DNA of 64,000 nt from Oikopleura dioica. Taxonomy: Eukaryota > Animalia > Chordata. The stretch is taken from the NCBI GenBank assembly GCA_907165135.1, contig OU015568.1, forward strand, positions 6,758,001 through 6,822,000, in the 5' to 3' direction. Both the position numbers and the translations under genes were made by a program. Shown piece after piece: positions 1 to 11,301 of this stretch; position 1 is the stretch's first letter; each line of letters opens with the position of its first letter. The notes beneath the pieces are model-generated. The model was given only the letters and a program-made list of their open reading frames with translations. It made no database searches and had not been told where the DNA came from.

Positions 1-63
1 AAATGGCCAATTTATCACGATGGCGATGAAACTGAAATTCAGTTTTATATTATATAAATCTTA

Positions 64-250
64 CCGCTTGCTCATATTCTTCCACTGGCTCCTGAACTAG
101 CTCCTCAACTGGCTCGTGAACTGGATCCAGATCTGGTTCCATAAACGGTTCCAGAAATGGTTCCTGATCTTGTCCAACGTCTTGATCTTCTCCATCAGCA
201 GGTCCCTCAGCGGGAATTTGCTCGTCGGCCGGAACTTGAGCTTCCAATTC
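64..250 (-). CDS. Acidic low-complexity exon of an unidentified gene or gene fragment continuing off the left edge
   Basis: Open minus-strand frame (ELEAQVPADEQIPAEG...EEYEQA) bounded by a TTTAG acceptor (~250) and a GTAAG donor (~63). Confidence 0.35.
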
Positions 251-1161
251 CTAAACGTTCGTAATTTTAACCATCTAAAAACCTAAGAACCTTTTCCCAC
301 AATTGATTATTGACTATATTATTTTTTAATTGACTACATGTTATTAATTTTATAACCGATTTCAAAAGACTCAAATTCGACCTGTTCCGACGTTTTTAAG
401 CAGGAATGCTCGGCTGACAACAACGAGGAGAAGATCAAAAGTGAGGATACGATCGAGATTGATACAAATAATACGAACGAGAACAGCAATGGATCTGCTT
501 CGTTGATGGAGATTTTCGGAAAAGCAGGATTTCCAAATGGCATTCCAGGATTACCAGGTTCGTAAAAAAGTCGATCTAACTTCTCACAGTTCAAGCGCTC
601 AACGGGCAAATACAGAATCCAATTAAAGCCCTCTTCGCTGGACAAAATCAACAATCCCTTTTATGATAAAGTGGCGCTTAAAAACTCCGCAAAGAATGCC
701 GAAAGCAATCGACACTTTTAAGAATCTTGGTGATCTAGTAGAAAATGTATCCCTTTACTTTTCCGACGATGACTTGCGAAAGATGGTTCTCCTCGATCCT
801 GATCTCAGATCTTTATTCAAATCGATTATTTACGTTTGTTTAGACATCCTCCTAGAAAATGCTGAGCATATAAAGGCCACTGCCCGAATCTTCTACATGC
901 ACGACTTTACACTAGTAGAATCTAAAGGAACGAGGCTGACGATTCTTTTCCCTTTGTTACAGGGTTTCCAGGCAATTTCCTAAGTCCGCAAAAGCCATCT
1001 CAACTCAGAATCCTAGTTGTTTGACGTCAAAGCTTTTTTCGATTGATGCAACTTCGAACCGATACACGGATCTAGATAAACAACTTTTCTTTCTGCTCCA
1101 CGAGGCGGGCTTCACCACCAAGCAGATCAGATACAACCCGCTTTTACTAACAACTGAGAAG

Positions 1162-1183
1162 GCCGTGAATCACGGCCCGTGAT
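1162..1183. other. Putative hAT-type transposon excision footprint 1 (target GCCGTGAT)
   Basis: GCCGTGA-A-TCACGGC-CCGTGAT = target bases 1-7, complement of base 8, inverted copy, then target bases 2-8. Net +14 bp. Confidence 0.65.
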
Positions 1184-1586
1184 AACTGAAAGACTTCTCT
1201 TTTTGCGAGAAACGAATAGGATAAATTTTGACATCAACGCCGAAGGAAGTCCAGAGCATGTGCCTATTGATGCACTTTGTCAAGTGTTCAAAACTTAGCC
1301 TATTAGCGATTCTCTGCGTCCAATATTGACACGGAACGATGGCAGCCCTCAAGAGATCATGAAAAGATCTTTTCTGTAGAAAAAATTGTCGCCAGCGACA
1401 ATTGAATAAGCTCAGGCAGCGAAGAGCAGCACTGAGAAGCGAATAAAGACGACAAAAGGAAAAGTCGACAAAATGGAGCTGCAAACAAAGCTAGGCAAAA
1501 TTTAGTCACTTAGAAGATATTTTTTAACCGTAGAATTACAACTTTATCATAATTATCATAAACATAAAGATAATCTCTGTTACTTA

Positions 1587-1817
1587 GATGGGGAGGTGCA
1601 TTTGGAAGTCGCCAATGTCAATAAGATCCGGGATCTTAGATCCCCTTTGCCAAGAGCCAACGCTTAGCAAAGCCGGTATCTTACGGTAAATGGGACGAGA
1701 CGATAGATGGGACTGGAAACACTCCAATGTGCCCTCAGTATGACGGATTCATCGACAAAGTTGATCAGATGGAAGGACAGACTTATTAATCGCCCAATGT
1801 TCGACAAATTGGAAGGT
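1587..1817 (+). pseudogene. Degenerate carboxylesterase/cholinesterase-family N-terminal exon
   Basis: Removing the 14-bp scar at 1623-1644 gives ...VNKIPFAKSQRLAKPVSYGKWDETIDGTGNTPMCPQ, resembling the type-B carboxylesterase GIPFAK...W...PMCPQ motif. AG acceptor at 1586-1587, GT donor at ~1818, in-frame TAA at ~1785. Confidence 0.5.
1623..1644. other. Putative hAT-type excision footprint 2 (target AAGATCCC)
   Basis: AAGATCC-G-GGATCTT-AGATCCC, same architecture as footprint 1. Net +14 bp, and it frameshifts the esterase exon. Confidence 0.75.
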
Positions 1818-2226
1818 TTTTTAAGTCATAACCGACAATAAATATGGCTAAGATTTTATAAAAAAAAATGTGATAAAAACACAGAAAAGGTGGCTAAAAC
1901 GGAAACCAATGACGAAGTATTACATCTCAGTGTATATACTCCTTCAAACTTTCAATCATCTACAATGGTCTTCAATTGTTGACTTTGAACGTCTTTGATT
2001 TAAACTAAAGTCTAGAAGAAACCAGTTATGGTCTTTTTCTACGGTGGTAGTTTTCTTTGCGGAGGAGCATACCTGTAACTATTGAAACACTACTAAAAAC
2101 TAAAATTTAAACTAGTTACGATGCAGCACCACTTGTTGCGATCGGAGACTGCATCGCTGTGGTCGTCAGGTGAAAATAAGGCACTCACTTCCAATAATTT
2201 CGTTAAATTAAGTTACCGACTTAAAA

Positions 2227-2950
2227 TGCTAGGCTTCCTTGGGGGGAACTGCCTGATGACAGAAAACTGCCTTGCTCAATATAAAATCATCGAGAAGCTC
2301 TACTGCTTCGTTTGCGATAAAAGCTTCTTGCACGAAAAGCAAGCCGAAACGCATTACAGAAACTCACTGTACACAAGCAGTCCTTTTATTTAATTCGAGA
2401 ACGAAAAATGCCAGGAAAAAGAATAAGCAAACTACCGGCCAATCTTTCTAGTAGCATATTTTCTGATCGTTCTCTTCGTTGATTTCAATTTTAAGATTAC
2501 TCGATGGACTTTTTCTCTGGCAATCAATCCGCAGCAGTATCAACTTCTAATTCTTCACCGCAAAACAACCCAATTTCAATGACACCAGTGGTGTCACACC
2601 ACTGTTTAATCCCTCCTCAGCTTTAACCCTTCCTGTTCCAAAACCTATCAACGAACTCATGTGCTTAGTCTGCAAGGAGAAATTCCCATCAGAAAAAGCC
2701 CGTTTTGCCCACCTACCGTATTAGATCCGACCGTCGCTTGTCATACAGAAACTCCATTAACCTTCAAAACAGTCTGCATTCTCTGTATAAAAGACTGCGA
2801 AACGGTAAGTCGAAATCTATTCCCATTTCAAATTCATTCATCTAGGAGCAAAAACTATCAGCACACTTGCGATTACACCGAAACGAATGGCACCAGAAAA
2901 ACTATTTTTATCGAAAACGGTCGCGCAAAAAAACGTCGCTTGTCTGCATA
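2227..2950 (+). pseudogene. Degenerate C2H2 zinc-finger gene fragment
   Basis: Finger-like motifs CFVCDKSFLHEKQAETH, CLVCKEKFPSEKARFAH, and CILCIKDCET|EQKLSAHLRLH (across a GTAAG...TAG intron), separated by stops and frame changes. Confidence 0.55.
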
Positions 2951-3299
2951 TTTAATTAATTAATCATTTCATTAATTAAAAACTAATAAAAACTATTTTT
3001 TATTTTATTTACTTACGTTGCGGGCTAAAAATGCGTCTTTGCAGCCAACGCACAATGAGTAGTCATCGGCATGCCAGATCCCGAGCTCCAATTCTCCGCG
3101 ACACTTCCTGCACTTTCGTCCGCCGTTGTTCTCCCGTGGAGGCCTGTTGGCATCCACGAACCTCAAATATGCCTCGAGTTCGATTCCCTACAAAATGAAA
3201 ATAAGTTCAATTCTGATTTGTGATAAAAAAAATCGAATTATTTCAATTTTTTAAGCAATTGTGGGATTTATTGCAGATCGATGTTGATGACTAGGTGAT

Positions 3300-5750
3300 C
3301 GTGGGGTTGATTTTTCTACCATTACACCTATTGATAACCCACGAATAAAGACCGGCACTAGCAGATCATGCTAATCGAACTGACCAGCAGCGTCAAGACC
3401 AGATTGGCTTTGGTGGAGAACAAGCGGCAAGCTAGTGTGGTTGATTAGCCAGTAGCGGGAACTGATGTGAATTTGGATGGTGGGTTCGATCGTCAGCCTG
3501 ACGTTGAGGATAAGAAGTCGTCGATTTTGGTCAATGATCCTCATCTCAGTAAGCATATCTCGATTGTGAGAGAGATTGACTTCAGAGCTCGACTCAAATT
3601 CTTCAAGACGGATTCGGAATTTAATTTCATTCGGTGAAAAATAAATCGTTTGTTCTTGATGTGGTTGAATTGTGCCTTCAAATCCGCTGAGTTGAAATTG
3701 AATTTCACAGGGCAGCAAATTTTTCATCTTGATTCCAGGATAAATGATAATATTATTGCCAGGCATTTGAAAGTTCAAGTGATCGTAGGACGAATCTAGT
3801 GTTATAATTCTTTGCTTTTTATAAATCTTGCGGATTTCTTCTGTCAGCTCTTGGCCTTGAGGAAGATCGAACGACCTTATTTCAACTTGAAAAGATGTTT
3901 TACGGTCGGAAACTCTGTGAGGGTCGCAGTCGATAGAAAACATTCCTCTTGGATAGTCTCTCCAGTTAATTGTTGACTCAGATATTTTGTAAAGATCTCC
4001 GACGGGGCGAACTACGAACTGACCATCGTCATGCTGCAGCGGAATGTACAGTTCTTCCTGAGGCTGAACAGCACCAAGAGCCTCTTGGTCCAAGAGGCGT
4101 TATTTCATAAATATCATCTATCGCATAATCTGAGCGTTTGTATATTTCCAGGGGCTCAGAATGTTTCGAAGAAATCTTAACAGCTGAACGAATCGTCACC
4201 ATCTTTCTTGCTGAATCGGTTAGTCGGACTTCAATAAGGATTCGGATTGGCATTTTTCCTCCAGGATGTACTGCGTGTCGGAAGTATAGACCAACTTTGT
4301 TCACGGCAATAGGTTGAAGACTTGTGTAGTCGCAAACTTTAATCCAGATGCGATGTGATTGCTGTCGGTACTCTCGAATCTTTTGATGGCCCCTGGCGAA
4401 TAGGAAATCATCTTGAGTGTTCGTCGGTACCTTCCGCCATGGCTTACCCAAAGACTCTGCACTGGTACAGTACAGTGTTCTTTGGATCGCTTGGTTCTTG
4501 CTTCCACTTTTTAATCAGGTCGTAGTTGATCTTCCGCAAATCATCTCCGTAGCCATCAATCGGATGCTCCAGTAGATAGTTCAATGTTTGCTTCGACCAT
4601 TCTTGCAGAACAATTATTCTAGTCTTTTCCGTTACAAGCTTGAAGGAAGCACCGTCGGGCGTTGCTTTGAAAACGATTTCAATTTGGCAGACATCATCGT
4701 CTTCTAAATCAGCCGCAATGACCTTCTGGAATGAAGGATGGATATTGTAAAGTTCTCTGCAGTCCCAAGCATTGTAGGCTTTGCAGACAAGATTCGTGTG
4801 CTTGTGATTGTTCGACAAAGCTTCGAAATTCAGAGTAGAATCGACGAACTTCATTTTCACAAGTTTGTCGCCGTTGGCCTCTCCAAGCTCGACTGTGACA
4901 TTCTTGAGCCCAAGATTGAACTTTAGATTCCGAAAGACTTCCCCAGTCATGACGGTTTTTGTCATCGCTTCTTCAATATTCACTGGAACAGATGTTCGTT
5001 CGTATATTAGCTGCATCTCACCGAGATTGTGCTCGAGGAAGTCGCGAACGACCCAGAATTGGCTTCTATTCAATCCGAAGTATGCCTCGCTAAGAGTACC
5101 ATTGATGTGCATGTTGGGAACTGACCGGTCGACATTCTGTTGAAGATTTCTTTCGATAGCAAGGGATAGTTCTACCCGTTTCTTGAGGAGCGATTGCTGA
5201 TGTCTGACAAATTTGAATCCGTTGAACTTGAGGTCGCTCTCTCCAGCGTCGCTCAACTCCATTCGATCAGCTATCCAAATGTCCATTTCCTTCAAGCCTA
5301 CTGTGATGCAATCGAGCAAGACTTTCTTCTCCGGAAATCCATTTTGAGCATATTCTTCGAAGTGTAGCGTTCCTTCTTCGTCACTGAGTTTGAAAGTATT
5401 GGAGATGGACAATTTTCCCAGGTCGGCGATGATAACTTTCGGACTGTAACTGGATTCTGGTAAAATTAGGTTGGATTATTAGCAGTGATGTCCAGCATGA
5501 CTCGTGAACCACAACCAAGATAAGTGACTTCTGCTCCGACCAAGGCAGTGCGATAATGATTGACCAGCTCGAGGAGCTGATGGAAGTGAAGAAAATACGC
5601 GGTTAGTTCGACTTGAGGAAACATTAGCTTTCAATTAGAATGATTTGTCAGTCCTCCTTGATCGCAGCATATACTGATCAGGACTTTCAGCATCGATTGC
5701 CTCTACTGAACCAAGCGCCAAGTCAACATTGAATTCCGTCGGTTCAAGTT
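3300..5750 (-). pseudogene. VPS13D: VPS13D fragment with multiple lesions
   Basis: Motifs matching recalled VPS13D: SRVMLDIT...LILPESS...IADLGKL; LLDCITVGLKEMDI; ERNL...VPNMHINGTLS; IAVNKVGLYFRHA; SARKMVTIRSA; ISSRYWLINHTSLPL...DAAGQFD. Lesions: 1-nt frameshift at ~5470, frame change at ~4450-4500, 16-bp insertion at 4074-4097, TAG at 3371-3373. Confidence 0.85.
4074..4097. other. Putative hAT-type excision footprint 3 (target CCAAGAGG)
   Basis: CCAAGAG-C-CTCTTGGT-CCAAGAGG. Net +16 bp; removing it restores the VPS13D frame (EITPLGAVQPQEE). Confidence 0.8.
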
Positions 5751-5785
5751 TTTCAAAATTGCACCAAAAATCATAGAAGATAAAT

Positions 5786-6302
5786 CTATGCATCGATCTG
5801 CAATAAACCTTTATAAAAACTTACCAAATCTCCCCCTAGACGAATTCGTTCTCCATCGATGGCATTCAGCACGGCTTCTTCTAGCACAACCGGTGTTGTC
5901 TTGCCAACTAGACGCAGCACGGCTAGAACCCGGGCTTTTTTAATGTTACATATTTTAAGATAAAACTTAAATTTCTTTAAGCCCATGCCTCTTATCGGTC
6001 TTCGAGGATGACCATCTTCTTCCTCGTGATCCGATGGAGGCGGATCCTCGTCATCCGATGGAGGGGGATTCTCGTCATCCGAGGGAGGGGGATTCTCGTG
6101 ATCCGATGGAGGGGGATTCTCTTGATCCGATGGAAAGGTATCGTCGGAATCGTCGTCGTCGTCGTCGTTGAAATCGTCTTTGCGTCGAATTCGTCGTATT
6201 CGTCGCCGTCGAGGTCGAATCGAAGACGCTGAAAGGAAGGAAGAGAACGAAGAAGCTGAAGAAGCTTTCACGAGGGTGTCGAAGTTTTTATTTTCTGCCA
6301 TT
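5786..6302 (-). CDS. Unidentified low-complexity protein or fragment (Arg-rich, Asp-rich, PPPSD repeats)
   Basis: ATG at 6302 (MAENKNFDT...), then RRRRIRRIRRK, poly-D and 5x PPPSD(H/D)EN repeats; probable short introns. Confidence 0.35.
6022..6141. repeat. 24-bp tandem repeat, about 5 copies
   Basis: Units like CTCGTGATCCGATGGAGGGGGATT repeated in tandem. Confidence 0.9.
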
Positions 6303-7980
6303 TTCAAGTTCTTGGAAAAATACTTCAAAAGAACGAGAAGAGAGAAGACTCTGAAGATCTTTCTGAAAGAAACTAACAAACAAGAATCAAACAACAACAA
6401 GACCTCATCGTCAAACAAAGTGAATTTGAGTTTTGCTATACAGAAGCCCCCAGAAAAGAAGAAAATCGAGATTGAGCCTATAAAAAAGAACAAATTGTTC
6501 ATATTATCTTATTTCTTATTATAAGAAAGCATCTACTCTACCTAAGAAAAAGAAAGGTAGCATAATTAATATATAGGAAACATTGTTCTCCGAAATCTCT
6601 TCCAAAAGTTGACCCTAAGAATAGACACTGCCCCGCCACATAGACCAGACACACCCGATTCCATGGATTTCGAAAGTATAGGTAAATCTACTACAAAGTA
6701 TGTATCTCCCCATATTCTTTACCAGGTGATTGGGACTTTATGAGAGGAAGTGATGTTCGAAAAATTCCATCATGTTCTACCCCTGACAGTTCTGTTCAAG
6801 ACTATTCAAATGCATTTTTCTCTGAGGACGAAAATTTTGTTGGAAGGTTTGAAAAAATTTCTTCGTTCGATTTCAATACATCTCTAGCCCGAGTGAAAAG
6901 ATCACTGATCTTATAATGAAGGAGTTCGACTATTATACCAATTGTATCCGCCCGGAGCCGATAATTCAAACAATTTACCAACAACCTGCTCAAGTATTTC
7001 AAATTCCTATTGAAGGTCAGTCCAAAGCTTCTCCGCCATTTTTAAGAGTTTTCAGAAGAAGCTCAAACCCAGACCCTGATCATCAATCAATCCTCAATAA
7101 TTCCAATTTATGCCGAACCAATTCAAATGATAACAACAGTTCAAAATGCATTTCCAGTGCAAGAAACTGTCGTCGCCAATTCAACGACAGAGAAATTGAA
7201 GAGTCAATTGATCGCTAAGATCAACGAGAAGCAGCAGAATAAGACCCGTTGATCGCCAGAATCTCCAGAAGTGAGTAGTCAAAAGGTAAATACCGTAATA
7301 GACGTAGTTCAAATTGACCGGAAATTTCCTAGAAAGAAATCAAAAAGGAGACGAGCGTGAGAGCGGTTAAAATTCAGCTAAAGATCGACTGAGCTCTAGC
7401 ATAACTTATTCAGCTAGCGAGGATGGATTATCCAGAAGATTATTTGTGCGGAACGAAATAATTCTGCTTCTTTTAATTTAGACTTTTATCATTTAGAAAA
7501 ATAATAAATTTAGTATTTTTTGTTCAATTGTTTTTGAGAGTCTTTACGGTGAGGGAATATTCTTTTATTCTAATTTGCTTACAACGATGGAAACATGAAG
7601 GAGTATCCAGTGCATAAAAACTAATAAAATAGAATCGGCCAAACAAATTGGAAAGAGAGAGACGAAATTGAAACAAGGATGAATAAAATATTTGTTTAGA
7701 ATCCCAACACTCCCTTAAATATTCTGATCTGTCAAAATACCAACCGCTGGCGAGGTCATCAAACCACAATTATTCCAAGTGAACAATTAATTTTTTAAAA
7801 GCCTCTCAATTCCGTCCCATTTATATACGAAGACAAAGATTAACCGCGGTCATTATTTCTGTGATTTGGGAAAATTTTGATAATTCAAAAACGATTCGGG
7901 AATATTCGTTGCATATTCCCAAAAATGGCTCAAGTCACATTACTCGCGCTTTCACGGGACGGGAAATAGAGCACCTACAG

Positions 7981-8338
7981 TAGACCCAAAGCGTTCGTGC
8001 AAATACAAGAGCTGTTCTTACCAATGCAAGGATGCGTATGGATTGGAATTACACTATCGGGTGCATGAAAACCGACTTCTATCCTGTCCATACTGTCCTT
8101 ATCGACTTCAGAAAAAATGATTAGCCAGCATCTACTTACACACTTTGACACGAAAAGCATAAAATGCGATTACTGCTCATTACTTTTTCGAACACAAGAT
8201 GCTATGAATCGCCACTGGCAGAGAAACCACACAAAGGACTTTACTTGCTCTTACTGCTCGACCACTTTCCTTAACTTTACTCGCTTACAGAGACATACAA
8301 TTTCTTGTGAGGAAAGATTAAAGAGGCTCGAAAGATGA
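7981..8338 (+). pseudogene. Frameshifted four-finger C2H2 zinc-finger exon
   Basis: CKYKSCSYQCKDAYGLELHYRVH; CPYCPYR [frameshift ~8105] TSEKMISQHLLTH; CDYCSLLFRTQDAMNRHWQRNH; CSYCSTTFLNFTRLQRH. CAG acceptor at 7980. Confidence 0.65.
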
Positions 8339-8789
8339 CATTTTCGATCTGTTTGTATTAAGCATGATAAAGCTGGACCGTAAAAGACGCAAGCCAAAAA
8401 AGGAGGAAGACGATGAAGAGCAAGAAAGAACAGAAGTTGATTTTACGTCAGATGCTTTTGTCGGAAAGCTGGAAGGGTCCGATAACGGAAGAAAGGGTGG
8501 ATTAGGAAAGGCTATATATTTTTACGTCGAATCTTAGGAATTTTATATAACACGAGGAAGTTTTAATTCCAAATTATCAAAGGTGGAAATCAAGCCAGGG
8601 ATTAGAGATCCTAAAACGGCCCTAAGCTTTTCCTACAGAGAGCCTGTTTGGACTAGCATATGCGAAGAAGAATCTTACAAGCTAGAAGTTCTCAAAAATG
8701 GCAAAATTATCGGTAAAGTCAGTAGTAATTTTAATATAAAATGTAATTTCATTTTTAGGAAAGTATCAGCTCAGCGGGAAAAGCTGTCA

Positions 8790-9453
8790 TGTCCTTGGAA
8801 AATGGGAAACGTGCGATCCTATCGAAAATATAGGTCGAAGAAAGCTCTTTCCGATCTGATTTAAACCGCTAAATCGCTTATTTTGAAAATAGCTTAAATT
8901 CAGTTTTGACACCCTTCCTACGTAGACTTTAACTATGTTCGAGGGCATCCTGAACTCGATGTCATCCATATCCAAACCGGCATTCGGTATTTTGAACATC
9001 CAGCCCTCGTCGGCTTTATGTAGACCTTTCCTGATTTTCGACATGACATCGACGCCATCTTTGCAGGAGATCTCCAATGGCTCTTCTTCTAGTCGGATGC
9101 TTATGTCGTCGCCAACACGGTATAAATTAACACATTGCAATTCATCATATCTGCCTAAATACAAATAATTAAAAAATGAAATCATAGATCTTATCTTGGG
9201 TACCTGATTCAGTGTCTCTTTTATCGTCCTCAAGATCTTTCAATTTTTGAGCTTCATCGGCAAGAAGCAACCGATCGGTAAGCTGCGCCTCCAAATTTGA
9301 AATCTCTTCCTTGATTTCAAGCTCTTCCAACTCGCGATCAGATTTTTCCTTTTCTTCGATGAGCTGATGATCTTCTTTCGAAGCATTGACGAGCTTGATC
9401 TCCATCGCAGCCGCGTCTCGGCGAAAGTTCTTGATCTTCTCTTCGCTGATTCC
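8790..9453 (-). pseudogene. Chimeric two-exon unit: rearranged copy of the 18.4-18.85 kb coiled-coil gene spliced to an unrelated exon
   Basis: 9203-9453 is a near-identical inverted copy of pieces of 18435-18850. A GTACC donor at 9202 and a TTTAG acceptor at ~9155 join it in phase 1 to GRYDELQCVNLYRVGDD... Confidence 0.5.
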
Positions 9454-10389
9454 TAAATTTACCTTTTAAAGCATATGTTCGTTAAAATGTCAGATAATGT
9501 CACTTTTCCTTCGCCCGATTAAGAATTGGGGAAGTGAAAAAGGCCGAGCCAAATTAACAGAGCGTAGTTCCGGAACATGTCACATTTCATATTTTAATAA
9601 TCTACTCCTTCACCAAAATTTTGAAAATTCAAAATATTACAGCACTATTTCGCTAGATCTGCGTCTCTCAGATGATCTCAAGATTTTTTTGAAAGAACAA
9701 GTTCAAATTCTTATTGAATTTTAGTTTTTCTTTGATTATCTCTTACTTCTATCCATATTCTATTCTATAAAAGGGCTTGAAATAATTCGTCTCCAAAAGG
9801 GGGATAAAACGCCTGACGAGTCTGTAATCGATGCTTCAGCCATACATTTTCAGACCTTTTTCTGGTATTCAGACGAGAAGAAAATAGACTGATAGAAGCT
9901 ACAGAGGTAAAAAATCAAATTTAAAGAGGAAGAGCAGAGAGCTAAAAATCAGTAAATCCAAGTTGATATTCAACTCCCAAACCAGTCAATTCCGTCTCGA
10001 TTCTTGGGCATTAGGCGACGTCGTATCGATAATATTTTTGATGCGTTAATGACGAGCTAAAACGGCTCATTCTTTGAAAATACGCTGGACGTGGCTGAAC
10101 AGTGATCTGCTTTGTTTTGCCTGACAGTACGGAAAGTAGAGATTACTTTCTTCGCCCACTCAGAACTGCGTTTCAGAGCAGGAAAAATAAAGCATTAACA
10201 CTTGCGGGCATATTTATCGAGCGTTTACGTGTCACGCTTTTAAAGTGATTGACGGGGTCAATTCCGGAACAGCTAGAAATAAGAAAGTTCCTGGAATTTT
10301 AGAAAGAGGAGAGGGGATGATGGTAATAAAGAAAGAAGAATCTGTGATTGAAGACAAGGAAGAGAGCGGAAAGAAAAAGAAGGAAAATG

Positions 10390-10875
10390 TCACTTGGTGC
10401 AAGTAAGCGAATCTGACTCGAAAATTTTGTTCTCGACAGAAACTTATCAAAGAAAAGTCCCTCGGCATCGACAAAAATTGGTATTTTCCCTGATTATTTT
10501 CTAGCAGCGCCTTTACCTTCGACCGAAGTTGTGGCCATTTTTTTCTTTCCTCCGTGTAGATCGGTTCCATCGAGACCTTCGGATTGTCGACGTTGCCCTG
10601 AATAATAATTAATACTGTTTTTAAATAGTAAATTACTTTTCGGGCGTTTCGGCGTGATGTCCTTGAACTTTTCGGATGGCTTGGAAACCTTTTCCGGAAC
10701 CGGATCAGATTCGTTGTCACTAAGCCCATCTGGTTCATTGACGCTTTCTTTAGTTCGTTCACGATGAGCACGTTCTTCTGGTCCACATAGTAATTTTCGC
10801 TTGTGTTCGATCCAGTGATATTTGCTGCTGTAGACACGACGACAATTATGGCAGGAATATTCCGGGAGTTCTTAA
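10390..10875 (-). pseudogene. Single C2H2 finger-containing gene fragment
   Basis: EYSCHNCRRVYSSKYHWIEHKRKLLC after an AAG acceptor; short GTAATT...TTCAG intron at ~10600-10640. Confidence 0.4.
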
Positions 10876-11301
10876 GAAAGATTTTAATTTTAGATTTTAC
10901 GAAATTTTTGAATACAAAATCTATTGATACAATAAACCATATAAATTGTATTAATTATTTGTCTGCAAAAAAAAATGATAGCTTACCTCCTTTTCTTTCC
11001 AAACGATTGTATAATTGCCGATTATTGCAATCCCTTCCGCCCCGATGTCTCTTGAATTTGAAACTGTTTCGTGGGGTTTCATATCCACACAAGTCACAAA
11101 TTAATTTTGACATTCTAAAAGTCTCTCAATAATTAATAAAAAATCAATTTCTAAAAAAGGAATTGAAGATTGAAAAAATTAAGATATAAAAATTATGCTT
11201 GAGCGCAAGCGGGCGGTTTTTCGAGCCGAACGCTTGCTCCGTGCTAGCGTCACAAAAAACTTACTAAACGCCACGGGAAAATCTTACGCCTGAAAATATG
11301 G

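Noticed and set aside
663-983. 106-aa plus-strand ORF
   Set aside because: No recognisable motif or splice context; cannot be supported as a gene.
3016-3188. Exon-like segment with CxxC...CxxC (KCRKC...CVGC)
   Set aside because: All three frames contain a stop between the splice sites; at most another decayed fragment.
6898-6912. AAGATCA-C-TGATCTT palindrome near a frameshift, resembling the excision scars
   Set aside because: Lacks the third (direct) copy of the target, so it does not meet the footprint pattern.
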